Positions 38,115 to 48,244 of a stretch of 64,000 nt of DNA are shown here, one piece after another. A program made the position numbers and the translations under genes. Numbering within the stretch: position 1 is the first letter of the stretch; every line of letters starts with the position of its first letter. The DNA comes from Isurus oxyrinchus. Taxonomy: Eukaryota. Below the pieces are notes generated by a model. That model saw nothing but the letters and a program-made list of their open reading frames with translations. It ran no database searches and had not been told where the DNA came from. The stretch covers positions 115,382,001 to 115,446,000 of the forward strand of contig JANJGN010000003.1 of assembly GCA_026770705.1 (NCBI GenBank). Direction: 5' to 3'.

Positions 38115-40769
38115 TTAGGCTTCACTGGAACAATGCAGCAAGCCAAGGACAGACATGTGGGCAAGAGAGCAGGGTGGAGTGTTAAAATGGCAAGCCACAG
38201 GGAGGTTTGGGTCATTCTTGTGGACAGACCGCAGGTGTTCTGCAAAGCGGTCGCCCAGTTTACGTTTGGTCTCTCCAATGTAGAGGAGACCACATTGGGA
38301 GCAACGAATGCAGTAGACTAAGTTGGGGGAAATGCAAGTGAAATGCTGCTTCACTTGAAAGGAGTGTTTGGGCCCTTGGACGGTGAGGAGAGAGGAAGTG
38401 AAGGGGCAGGTGTTACATCTTTTGCGTGGGCATGGGGTGGTGCCATAGGAGGGGGTTGAGGAGTAGGGGGTGATGGAGGAGTGGACCAGGGTGTCCTGGA
38501 GGGAGCGATCCCTATGGAATGCTGATAAGGGGGGTGAAGGGAAGATGTGTTTGGTGGTTGCATCATGCTGGAGTTGGCGGAAATGGCGGAGGATGATGAT
38601 CCTTTGAATGCGGAGGCTGGTGGGGTGATAAGTGAGGACAAGGGGGACCCTATCATGTTTCTGGGAGGGAGGAGAAGGCCTGAGGGCGGATGCGCGGGAG
38701 ATGGGCCGGACACGGTTGAGAGCCCTGTCAACGACCGTGGGTGGAAAACCTCGGTTAAGGAAGAAGGAGGACATGTCAGAGGAACCGTTTTTGAAGGTAG
38801 CATCATCGGAACAGATGCAACGAAGGCGAAGGAACTGGGAGAATGGGATGGAGTCCTTACAGGAAGCGGGGTGTGAGGAGATGTAGTCGAGGTAGCTGTT
38901 GGAGTCGGTAGGTTTGTAATGGATATTGGTGGACAGTCTATCACCAGAGATTGAGACAGAGAGGTCAAGGAAGGGAAGGGAAGTGTCAGAGATGGACCAC
39001 GTGAAAATGATGGAGGGGTGGAGATTGGAAGCAAAATTAATAAATTTTTCCAAGTCCCGACGAGAGCATGAAGCGGCACCGAAGTAATCATCGATGTACC
39101 GGAGAAAAAGTTGTGGAAGGGGGCCGGAGTAGGACTGGAACAAGGAATGTTCCACATACCCCATAAAGAGACAGGCATAGCTGGGGCCCATGCGGGTACC
39201 CATAGCCACACCTTTTATTTGGAGGAAGTGAGAGGAGTTGAAGGAGAAATTGTTCAACGTGAGAACAAGTTCAGCCAGACGGAGGAGAGTAGTGGTGGAT
39301 GGGGATTGTTCGGGCCTCTGTTCGAGGAAGAAGCTAAGGGCCCTCAGACCATCCTGGTAGGGGATGGAGGTGTAGAGGGATTGGACGTTCATGGTGAAGA
39401 GGAAGCAGTTGGGGCCAGGGAACTGGAAATTGTTGATGTGATGTAAGGTGTCAGAGGAATCACGGATGTAGGTGGGAAGGGACTGGACAAGGGGAGAGAG
39501 AAGGGAGTCAAGATAACGAGAAATGAGTTCTGTGGGGCAGGAGCAAGCTGAGACGATCGGTCTACCGGGGCAGTTCTGTTTGTGGATTTTGGGTAGGAGA
39601 TAGAAGCGGGCCGTCCGAGGTTGGGCGACTATCAGGTTGGAAGCTGTGGGAGGGAGATCCCCAGAGGAGATGAGGTCAGTGACAGTCCTGGAAACAATGG
39701 CTTGATGTTCAGTGGTGGGGTCATGGTCCAGGGAGAGGTAGGAGGAAGTGTCGGCGAGTTGACACTCAGCCTCCGCGAGGTAGAGGTCAGTGCGCCAGAC
39801 AACAACAGCACCACCCTTGTCAGCGGGTTTGATGACAATGTCAGGGTTGGACCTGAGAGAATGGAGTGCAGTAAGTTCAGAGAGAGACAGGTTAGAATGG
39901 GTGAGAGGAGCAGAGAAATTGAGACGACTAATGTCGCGCCGACAGTTCTCAATGAAAAGATCAAGAGAAGGTAAGAATCCAGAGGGAGGGGTCCAGGTGG
40001 AGGGAGAATATTGGAGATGGGTAAAAGGATCTGTTGAACTGGGAGAGGACTCCTGCCCAAAGAAGTGAGACCGGAGATGAAGACGGTGAAAGAAGAGTTC
40101 AGTATCATGCCGAGCCCGAAATTCATTGAGGTGAGGGTGTAAGGGTATGAAACTAAGTCCTTTGCTGAGCACTGAACATTCAGCATCAGAGAGGGGAAGG
40201 TCAGGGGGTATAGTGAATACACGGCTGGGGCTGGGATTGGAAGATGGGGTGGGGACGGAGGGACAGGCTGGGGTGGAGGGTCCTAGATGGGTGTTGGTGT
40301 CGATGAGTTGTTGGAGCTTGCGTTCCTTAGCAGTTGAGAGAAAGAGAAAAAGTTTCTTGTTGAGGCGTCGGATGAGCCGAAGGATAAAATGAAACTGGGG
40401 GCACGCGCAGCTTTGAAAAAGGGTACGGCGGTGCTGCTGGAGGGAGAGGTCGAGTGTGTTCATATGGCGGCGCATGGCACTGAGTGTGGATTTCAAAATG
40501 TGACGGGAACAGCAGTCTGAGAAACGTTTTATGTCCCGGAGATACCGGTAATCCTGGGTGGGTTCGAAAGATGAGGGGTGGAATTTCAGTGGAAATCCAC
40601 GTGGGGTAAGTCGGAGACGGAGACAGTCACTGAGAAAGGAGATATGGCTGTGAAACACCTTGTCAAACACCAGGAGGGAAATGGAAAGCAAAGAAGGTGA
40701 ACAAGGCAACAGAGAGATACGGAAATCTTGTCGCAGAGAGGAACAGAACTTCTTCAAGGAGGTAGGCAT
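38115..40769 (-). CDS. Penelope-like RT plus GIY-YIG endonuclease, C-terminus cut by a premature TAA
   Basis: KPADKGG, LPKIHK, GRPIVS, GVAMGTRMGPSYA, YIDD, Cys motif CPRKRCNTC, VYCIRC..C.LLYIGET. First ATG is at 40769 (the ORF track starts at TTG 40793). Confidence 0.93.
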   Translation of the reverse strand: MPTSLKKFCSSLRQDFRISLLPCSPSLLSISLLVFDKVFHSHISFLSDCLRLRLTPRGFPLKFHPSSFEPTQDYRYLRDIKRFSDCCSRHILKSTLSAMRRHMNTLDLSLQQHRRTLFQSCACPQFHFILRLIRRLNKKLFLFLSTAKERKLQQLIDTNTHLGPSTPACPSVPTPSSNPSPSRVFTIPPDLPLSDAECSVLSKGLSFIPLHPHLNEFRARHDTELFFHRLHLRSHFFGQESSPSSTDPFTHLQYSPSTWTPPSGFLPSLDLFIENCRRDISRLNFSAPLTHSNLSLSELTALHSLRSNPDIVIKPADKGGAVVVWRTDLYLAEAECQLADTSSYLSLDHDPTTEHQAIVSRTVTDLISSGDLPPTASNLIVAQPRTARFYLLPKIHKQNCPGRPIVSACSCPTELISRYLDSLLSPLVQSLPTYIRDSSDTLHHINNFQFPGPNCFLFTMNVQSLYTSIPYQDGLRALSFFLEQRPEQSPSTTTLLRLAELVLTLNNFSFNSSHFLQIKGVAMGTRMGPSYACLFMGYVEHSLFQSYSGPLPQLFLRYIDDYFGAASCSRRDLEKFINFASNLHPSIIFTWSISDTSLPFLDLSVSISGDRLSTNIHYKPTDSNSYLDYISSHPASCKDSIPFSQFLRLRCICSDDATFKNGSSDMSSFFLNRGFPPTVVDRALNRVRPISRASALRPSPPSQKHDRVPLVLTYHPTSLRIQRIIILRHFRQLQHDATTKHIFPSPPLSAFHRDRSLQDTLVHSSITPYSSTPSYGTTPCPRKRCNTCPFTSSLLTVQGPKHSFQVKQHFTCISPNLVYCIRCSQCGLLYIGETKRKLGDRFAEHLRSVHKNDPNLPVACHFNTPPCSLAHMSVLGLLHCSSEA

Positions 40770-40904
40770 TTCTTGAAGAGCAGTGGCAGTCAATTAAACA
40801 CAGAGATAAAAACAAAGAAAACTGCGGATGCTGGAAATCCAAAACAAAAACAGAATTACCTGGAAAAACTCAGCAGGTCTGGCAGCATCGGCGGAGAAGA
40901 AAAG

Positions 40905-40944
40905 AGTTGACGTTTCGAGTCCTCATGACCCTTCGACAGAACTT
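40905..40944 (-). ncRNA. Minimal type I hammerhead ribozyme motif in 5' pLTR
   Basis: AGTT-CTGTCGA-A-GGGTC-ATGAG-GACTC-GAAAC-GTC-AACT. Confidence 0.72.
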
Positions 40945-41920
40945 GATTTCGAGTCCAAGAAAGAGTTGAAATATAAGCTGGTTTAAGGTGTGTGTGTGGG
41001 GGGCAGAGAGATAGAGAGGTGGTTGTGTGGACAAACAAGCATTGATAGAAGCAGATCATCAAAAGATGTCAGCAACAATGGTACAATAGAACACATAGGT
41101 GTTAAAGTTAAAGTTGGTGATATTATCTAAACGAATGTGCTAATTAAGAATGGATGGTAGGGCACTCAAGGTACAGCTCTAGTGGGGGTGGGGGGAGCAT
41201 AAAAGATTTTAAAATATTTAAAAATAATGGAAATAGGTGGGAAAAGAAAAATCTATATAATTTATTGGGGAAAAAAAAGGGGGGGGAAACAGAAAGGGGG
41301 TGGGGATGGGGGAGGTAGCTCACGACCTAAAGTTGTCCGCAAGAATGACCCAAACCTCCCTGTTGCTTGCCATTTTAACACTCCACCCTGCTCTCTTGCC
41401 CACATGTCTGTCCTTGGCTTGCTGCATTGTTCCAGTGAAGCCTAACGCAAACTGGAGGAACAACACCTCATCTTCCGACTAGGCACCTTACAGCCTTCCG
41501 GTCTGAATATTGAATTCAACAACTTTAGGTCGTGAGCTCCCTCCCCCATCCCTACCCCCTTTCTGTTTCCCCCCCCCTTTTTTTTTCCCCAATAAATTAT
41601 ATAGATTTTTCTTTTTCCACCTATTTCCATTATTTTTAAATATTTTAAAATCTTTTATGCTCCCTCCACCCCCACTAGAGCTGTACCTTGAGTGCCCTAC
41701 CATCCATTCTTAATTAGCACATTCGTTTAGATAATATCACCAACTTTAACTTTAACACCTATGTGTTCTTTTGTACCATTGTTGCTGACATCTTTTGATG
41801 ATCTGCTTCTATCACTGCTTGTTTGTCCACACAACCACCTCTCTCTCTCTCTATCTCTCCGCCCCCCACACACACACCTTAAACCAGCTTATATTTCAAC
41901 TCTTTCTTGGACTCGAAATC

Positions 41921-41960
41921 AAGTTCTGTCGAAGGGTCATGAGGACTCGAAACGTCAACT
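41921..41960 (+). ncRNA. Minimal type I hammerhead ribozyme motif in inverted pLTR
   Basis: Stem I AGTT/AACT, stem II GGGTC/GACTC, GAAAC-GUC. Predicted cut after 41956. Confidence 0.72.
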
Positions 41961-43569
41961 CTTTTCTTCTCCGCCGATGCTGCCAGACCTGCTGAGTTTT
42001 TCCAGGTAATTCGGGATCAGTACCTGTTGCATGCCCATTTTCCCTTTTAAGTTCCAAGTTTCCTTTCATGCCCTGCATCTTACATTCTCTGACTTGTGAT
42101 AAGCCTTGCCACATTTCTCAGCACAATAAACTGTTCTAACCAAAAGCTCTGTTACCTTCTCAACTCTCAGCTTTTCCTCCTCCATCCATTCTTGAATGAA
42201 CACAACTTCTGCAAAAGGGACTCTGTCCCCCACCTCCAGGCACTCAGTGGGTAGTGTCTTGAACTCTTTATTAGACAACTTCTCTACTTCAGGGATCTTG
42301 TCCCTTTTCTGTTCCTTTACCAAATGGTAAGCAACCTTCATACCCTCACACCCAGTCTTCCAGTCCTGAGTCTGTGCCTCAACCTCATAATATAACCTCT
42401 GATACTTGTTTCTCTCTTCCTCTATCTTAGAGACCTGCACGGATAATAGCTCATGGCCTATTCATGCCTGGACTGTCTTGTGGCCCTTTCTGTCTTTAGT
42501 TCCTTCTTCAAACGGTTAACTACCGCTTCCCTGTCTGAGGCTTGTTTCCTCAGGATCTCTTCTTCTTGTCTGGGTTTAATATTTTCTCACAGATCTTCAC
42601 GGTTTTGATGGTCCTTTCCATACAACCACATTGCCTTTTCTATCTTCTTTTGCCTTTGGGATGACTCAGTCCACCCCATGACCCACCCTAATGGATCCTT
42701 TGAATTAGCTATTTCTCTTAACCAAGCCTCACTTGGCTTTAGCTTCTCATAGCTATGCTTCTGTAACCTCATTTCCATTGTCATGGGAGGATCATTTCTC
42801 CACCCCCACTTTGTCCCACGGTACAGTCTGTTCAGCCATATCACCTACAGGTGTCCTGACATGGTCGCTAATTCTGTAGGGGTTCCCCTTTTCCCTCAGA
42901 GATCCTGCCCGCACTTAAGTTTGTGACACCAGATTCACAAGTGTATGGCTTGAACAGAATAACCAGCGAGACACGTTTCTTCTGATAATTCACAATTGCT
43001 TTATTGAATCACCAATAACCCCACAGTACAAAATTCAAAATTTAAAACCACCAGTTCCCAGTACCCGACCCAAAGTCACCATGACTTGGTTAAAACTTAC
43101 AAAAGCACAGGCAAAACACTACATCCTGTCCTGAAACCTTAAGAAAAAAATAACCCTCAACCAATATGCCCAAGATATGGCTGAAACAAGTTACAAGGTA
43201 CTGGCAAAAAACACCAAGTTTTCGCCCCAGACTGTCACAAAACCCTCAGACCAACATTACCACGATATGGCTGAAAACAATTACGATCCCCAACACGGCT
43301 GGTCTGTCTTGTAAAAACTGTAGGTCCGTGAGCCAGGTTGACACTTCCTGACCCTCATTCTTGACTGCAGCTTATCTTTTTTGAAATTTAGAATTCCACA
43401 AATTTTCCAGTTGGAGGGGATTTCGATCCTACAGGCAGCACACTAACTACACTACTGAAAAATATTCTGGAACATACATGATGAATAAGTGGACACTGTA
43501 GATTTTCTTCGTTGGGCTGTTGAAATACAGACTGTAAGAAACAAGCTTACTCCACCAGCAGAAGTGCAG

Positions 43570-45070
43570 CATAGGAGCAGGAGTAGGCCATTCAGCCCAT
43601 CGAGCCTGCTTCGCCATTCAATACAATCATGGATGAACATCCACTTTAATTCCTTTTCCCTTTATGTCATTAGTATTTAGAAATCTGTCAATCCCTGCTT
43701 TAAACATACTCAATGACTGAGTTTCCCACAGCCCTCTGGGGTAGAGAATTCTAAAGATTCACAACCTCTGAGTAAAACAAATTCTCCTCATCTCTGTGCT
43801 AAGTGGCTTCCTCCTTATTCTGAAATTGTGTCCCCCTGGTTCTAGGCTCCCCAGCCAGGGGAAACATCTTACCTGCATCTACCCTGCCTATCCCTTTAAG
43901 TATTTTGTAGGTTTTAAGCAGATCACCTCTTATTATTTGAAACTCTAGAGAATACAGGCCCAGTTTCTCCAATGTCTCTTCATAAGACAGTCCTGCCATC
44001 CCTGGACAAAATTGGTGAACCTTTGTTGCACTCCCTCAATGGCAATAATACCCCTCTAAGCAAGGGGACCAAGATTGCTCACAGTACCCCAGGTGCGGTC
44101 TAGCCAAGCTTCTATACAGTTGAAGCAGGACTTCATTACTACCATACTCAAATCTTCTTACAAAAAAGGCCAACATACAATTAGCCTTCCTAGTTGTTTG
44201 CTGCACCTGCATGTTAGCTTTCAGTGACTTATTGATGAGAACACCCAGGTCTCTTTGTACATCTACACTTTCTAATCTCTCACTATTTAAAAAATACTCT
44301 GCACATCTATTCTTCCTACCAAAGTGGATAACCTCACCTTTTTCCACACTATATTCCATCTGCCATGTTCTTGCCCACCTCATTAAGTCTTCGCTTTGCA
44401 TCTTCCTCACAACATACATTCCCACCTAGCTTTATGTCATCTGCAAACTTGGAAAATATTACATTTGGCCTCCACATCCAAATCATTGATATATATTGCG
44501 AACAGCTGGGTCCCAAGTACTGATCCTTGTGGTACCCCCACTAGTCACAGCCTGCTAACGTGAGAATGAGCTGTTTATTCCTACTGTCTGTTTTCTACCT
44601 GTTGACCAATCCTTAATCCATACCAATATATTACCTCCTATCCCATGTACTTTAATTTTTCTAACAAACCTCCAGAAAATCAAATACTTGTGAATATCCA
44701 AGTATATTGCGTCCACCGACTCTCCTTTGTCAATTTTATTAGAAACGTCCTCAAAAAACTCCAACAAGTTCATCAAACATGATTTCTCATTCATAAATCT
44801 ATGTTGACCATGTCCAATCTAACCATTATTATCCAAGTGTCCATTTATCACATACTTTAGAATAGATTCTAGCATTTTCCCTACTACTGATGTAAGGCTA
44901 ACAGGTCTGTAGTTCCTTGTTTCTCTCTCCCTCCCCTTGATAAATATTGGGGTGGCATTTGCTATCTTCCAATCTGCAGAAACCATTCCAGAATCTATAG
45001 AATTTTGGGAAGATGGATCACTAATGCACCCACTATCTCATAGCAACCACTTTCAACACTCTGGGATATT
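43570..45070 (-). mobile_element. CR1 family B RT fragment
   Basis: KSCLMNLLEFFE, WQMEYSVEK and LARPHLGYCEQSWSP motifs. Confidence 0.9.
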
Positions 45071-45139
45071 GGGAAGAATAATGGGGGGTTTCTGCCCTTG
45101 TCTAAGTTCATCTGCTGCTGAAAATCCTCAGCCATGCCA

Positions 45140-45392
45140 CCATTACCTCTAGACTTGACTATTCCAATATTTCTTACCTGACCTTATATCTTTCACCCTT
45201 CATAAACTTGAGTTCATCCAAAAACCTGCTGCTTGTATTCTAACTTAGGTCAAATCTTATTCACACTTCATCCCGTTGCTCACTGATCCACATTGACTCC
45301 AACTCCAGCAATGCCTTGATCTTAAAATTATGACCCTTGTTTTCAAATACCTCCATGGCTTCATCCCTATCTATCTCTGTTACCTCCTTCCA
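45140..45392 (+). mobile_element. L2-like LINE 3' fragment, 5' half
   Basis: Encodes a degenerate KLEFIQKPAA...PLLTDPH.L motif typical of L2 ORF2 ends. Appears to continue at 61125. Confidence 0.6.
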
Positions 45393-46012
45393 CCATTGTG
45401 AAGTTCTTGGGAAAAAAACAGTGATACTTAGCAAGTTTCAATAAGAAGCAAAACCATTGCTACTGCTGTTCAAAACATTTTCCTGTATTCTCCTTCTAGA
45501 CTCAGGGCTGCCAGGGCCACTCAGCCTCATTACAGCCTTGGCTCAAACATGGGCAAAAAGAGCTGAACTCAAGAGAGGAGGTGATAGTGACTGCACTTTG
45601 ACATCAAGGCAATATTTGACTGAGAGTGGTATCAAGTTGCCCTAACCAAACTGAAGTCAATGGGGATCAAGGGAAAATTCTCCACTGGTTGAAGTCATAC
45701 CTAGCACAAAAGGAAGATGGTTTTGGTTGTTAGGATGTCAATCATCTCAGTCCTGGGACATTGCTACAGGAGTTCCTCAGGGTAGTGTCTAAGTCCAACC
45801 ATCCTCAACTGTTTCATCAATGATCTTTCTTCCATCATAAGGCCAGAGATTGGGATGTTCTTGTAGGTTCGCATAATGTTCAGCACCATTCACAAATTCT
45901 CAGATACTGAAGCAGTCTGTGTCCACATGCAGCAAGGCCTGAACAATGTTCAGGCTTGGGTAGATAAGTGGCAAGTAACATTTGTGCCACACAAGTGTAG
46001 GGCAAGGACCAT

Positions 46013-46946
46013 TGTTATAATATGGCTTGGTATTTGCCAGGCTGACCAAATCCATAAGGGAATCTTGGCCAGGCTATCACAATAGTTTTGCAATTTGTAT
46101 TTGTTATGAGAAGGTTTGTGCACTGAATTCAGAAGTAGAACACCTTTAGATATTTTAAAAATTAAATTAAAACATTTATTAACAAAACAAAAGAATAAAA
46201 CATACAGACACGATTACAGTTGCACAGTTACATAATATAATAACAATTCCCAAAATTCCTAATTAACCGGACTCCCAGCTACACATCCAATTTAAGGCAA
46301 CAGTTCAAAATAGATTTTAAATTCATAGAGACAGTCCAGTAAGGTTACCACAAGCGCCCACTTGACTGTGGAATTCCAAAGGCTTTTAGCACAACTTTGG
46401 TTACTCGAACAACAGACTTCTGCAAAGTGGCTAGATGTTTTTCCCACGTCTGTTTCACATGGTGTACCTTTCAGATCTCACATGGCCACCCCCACATAGC
46501 CTTTCACCCTTCTTTAAATATATTTTTCCTTCTTTGATTTCTAAACCCCATTGTTCCCACATGTCTTTGGAATTTACTTTTCTCATAATATAAAAATGTT
46601 TTATGTTATCATTATGGCCAGCATTTTTGAGAAAAATCAACATAATAACCTTACCCTATTTATCTTGTCAGTTATAAAAACCTTATCATGTCTCTTTGAA
46701 AATCCAACAACTTTTCCACATATCTTAAAATGCAAACTTCATTCACTCCCTATCTGCTGACTTTACCTTAGTTCATTCATTAGCATTTCAAATGGCCTTT
46801 TACACCTAACTCTTTTGATAATTTCAATCTTGCAGCCCATCGTTCCCTAATTTAATTAAATCAGCCACAGACACACACATGCACACACAAGCCTACTTTA
46901 CAAAATCCCACAATAATATTAAGAAAAATATACTAGTTTCATTACA
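46013..46946 (-). mobile_element. Solo LTR (family L-A)
   Basis: TGTTATA...CATTACA with TSD CCAT (46009-46012, 46947-46950). Reverse homolog of 24-1517. Confidence 0.88.
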
Positions 46947-47579
46947 CCATCTCCAACAAGGAAGAATCCAACCATCTCTCTTTGACATTCAATGGCATTA
47001 CCATCACTGAATCCCTCACTATCAACATCCTTGTATTGACCAGAAACTGATATGGACTAGTCGTATAAATACTGTGGCTGCAAGGGCAGGTCAGAGGCTA
47101 GGAATCATGTGACAAGTAGCTCACTTCCTGACTCCTCAAAGCCTGTCCACCATCTACAAGGCATAAGTCAGGAGTGTGATGGAATATTCTCAACCTGCCT
47201 GGATGATTACAGCTCAGTAGCACTCAAGAAACTTGATGCCATGCAGGACAAAGCAGCCCACTTGATTGGCACCCCATCCAGCACCTTAAACATTCACTTC
47301 CTCCATCACTGATGCACAGTGGCAACAGTGTGTACCATTTACAAGATGAACTGCAACATCTCCAAGGCTCCTTTGACAGCACCTTCCAAACCTGTGAGTG
47401 ACCTCTACCACCTAGAAGGACAAGGGCAGCAGATGACTAGGACCAACACCATCTGCAAGCTCCCCTCCAAGTCACACACCATCCTGGGACATGGAACAAT
47501 ATTGCCATTCCTTCAGTCGCTGGTTCAAAAGCTTGGAAATCCCTTCCTAACAGCACTGTAGGTTTTCCTGCAATGCAAT

Positions 47580-48213
47580 GGCCTGAATTTTACCCTTGAC
47601 AGGCCCGGGACCAGTTGGGAAATAGGCCCCTGACTGTGATCGGCCCATGACCACGATTTCATGCTGGCTGGACAATTAAGGCCCGCTCTGCGTGAAATGT
47701 GTCTTCACAGTGGTCGGGAAGGGCTGGGTGGGGGTGGGGGCCTGTTGGACGCTGGGTCCAATGGCAACCCGGTGGGCAGTTTAAAAATGGCACAGGCAGC
47801 TCCTTGAAGGTTGCAGGGAAGAACACATATTCTGCATTTTTGAGAGTGAAGCTATGGCCTCAACAGCAGCTGGCAATGCCAGGTGGGAGGGTAGGTCGGG
47901 TGGGCACTTGGCCCCCTGGTTTTCGATCAATGGCCTTGCGGTGCTCTTGGAGAAGGTGGCTGGCAGGAGGGACACCATCGTCCCCAGAGATGGAAGGAGG
48001 AGGCCACCACATCAGACAGAAAAGCTTGGGAGGAGGTGGCAGCTGAGGTCAACAGCCACAACATTGTGCGGCGCACATGAGTGCAATGTTGCAAAAGGTT
48101 CAATGACCTGCTGCGCTCAGGATGGGTGAGTACTGTGTTGGCATGGATCATTGTGGTGAATTGTTAAGGGCTGACTGTAACCACCGGCCTGCCACACCCC
48201 CCCACCCCCCACA

Positions 48214-48244
<31 letters not shown>

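Larger units (their letters stand above)
37501..42012 (-). mobile_element. Young Penelope-like retroelement (probably Neptune group) with direct and inverted pLTRs
   Basis: 13-bp TSD GGGATCAGTACCT (37488-37500, 42013-42025). pLTRs at about 37502-38035 and 40804-41336 (minus). Inverted ORF-end plus pLTR copy at 41334-42012 (+). Confidence 0.96.
33773..43433 (-). mobile_element. Pol-less (non-autonomous) LTR element hosting the Penelope insertion
   Basis: LTRs 42875-43433 and 33773-34413 (TGTAGG...CCTACA), TSD GGCA, tRNA-Arg-like PBS at 42853-42870, PPT at 34414-34426. Coiled-coil gag-like remnants at 42066-42844. No RT or IN motifs seen. Confidence 0.88.

Noticed and set aside
38351-40222. 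Long overlapping ORFs (286 aa and 196 aa) and antisense ORFs in the Penelope element
   Set aside because: Pro/Ser-rich shadow frames of the C/T-rich RT ORF, with no domain motifs.
48195-48244. Poly-Gly ORFs over the poly-C run
   Set aside because: Homopolymer artefact; the run length may itself be a sequencing error.
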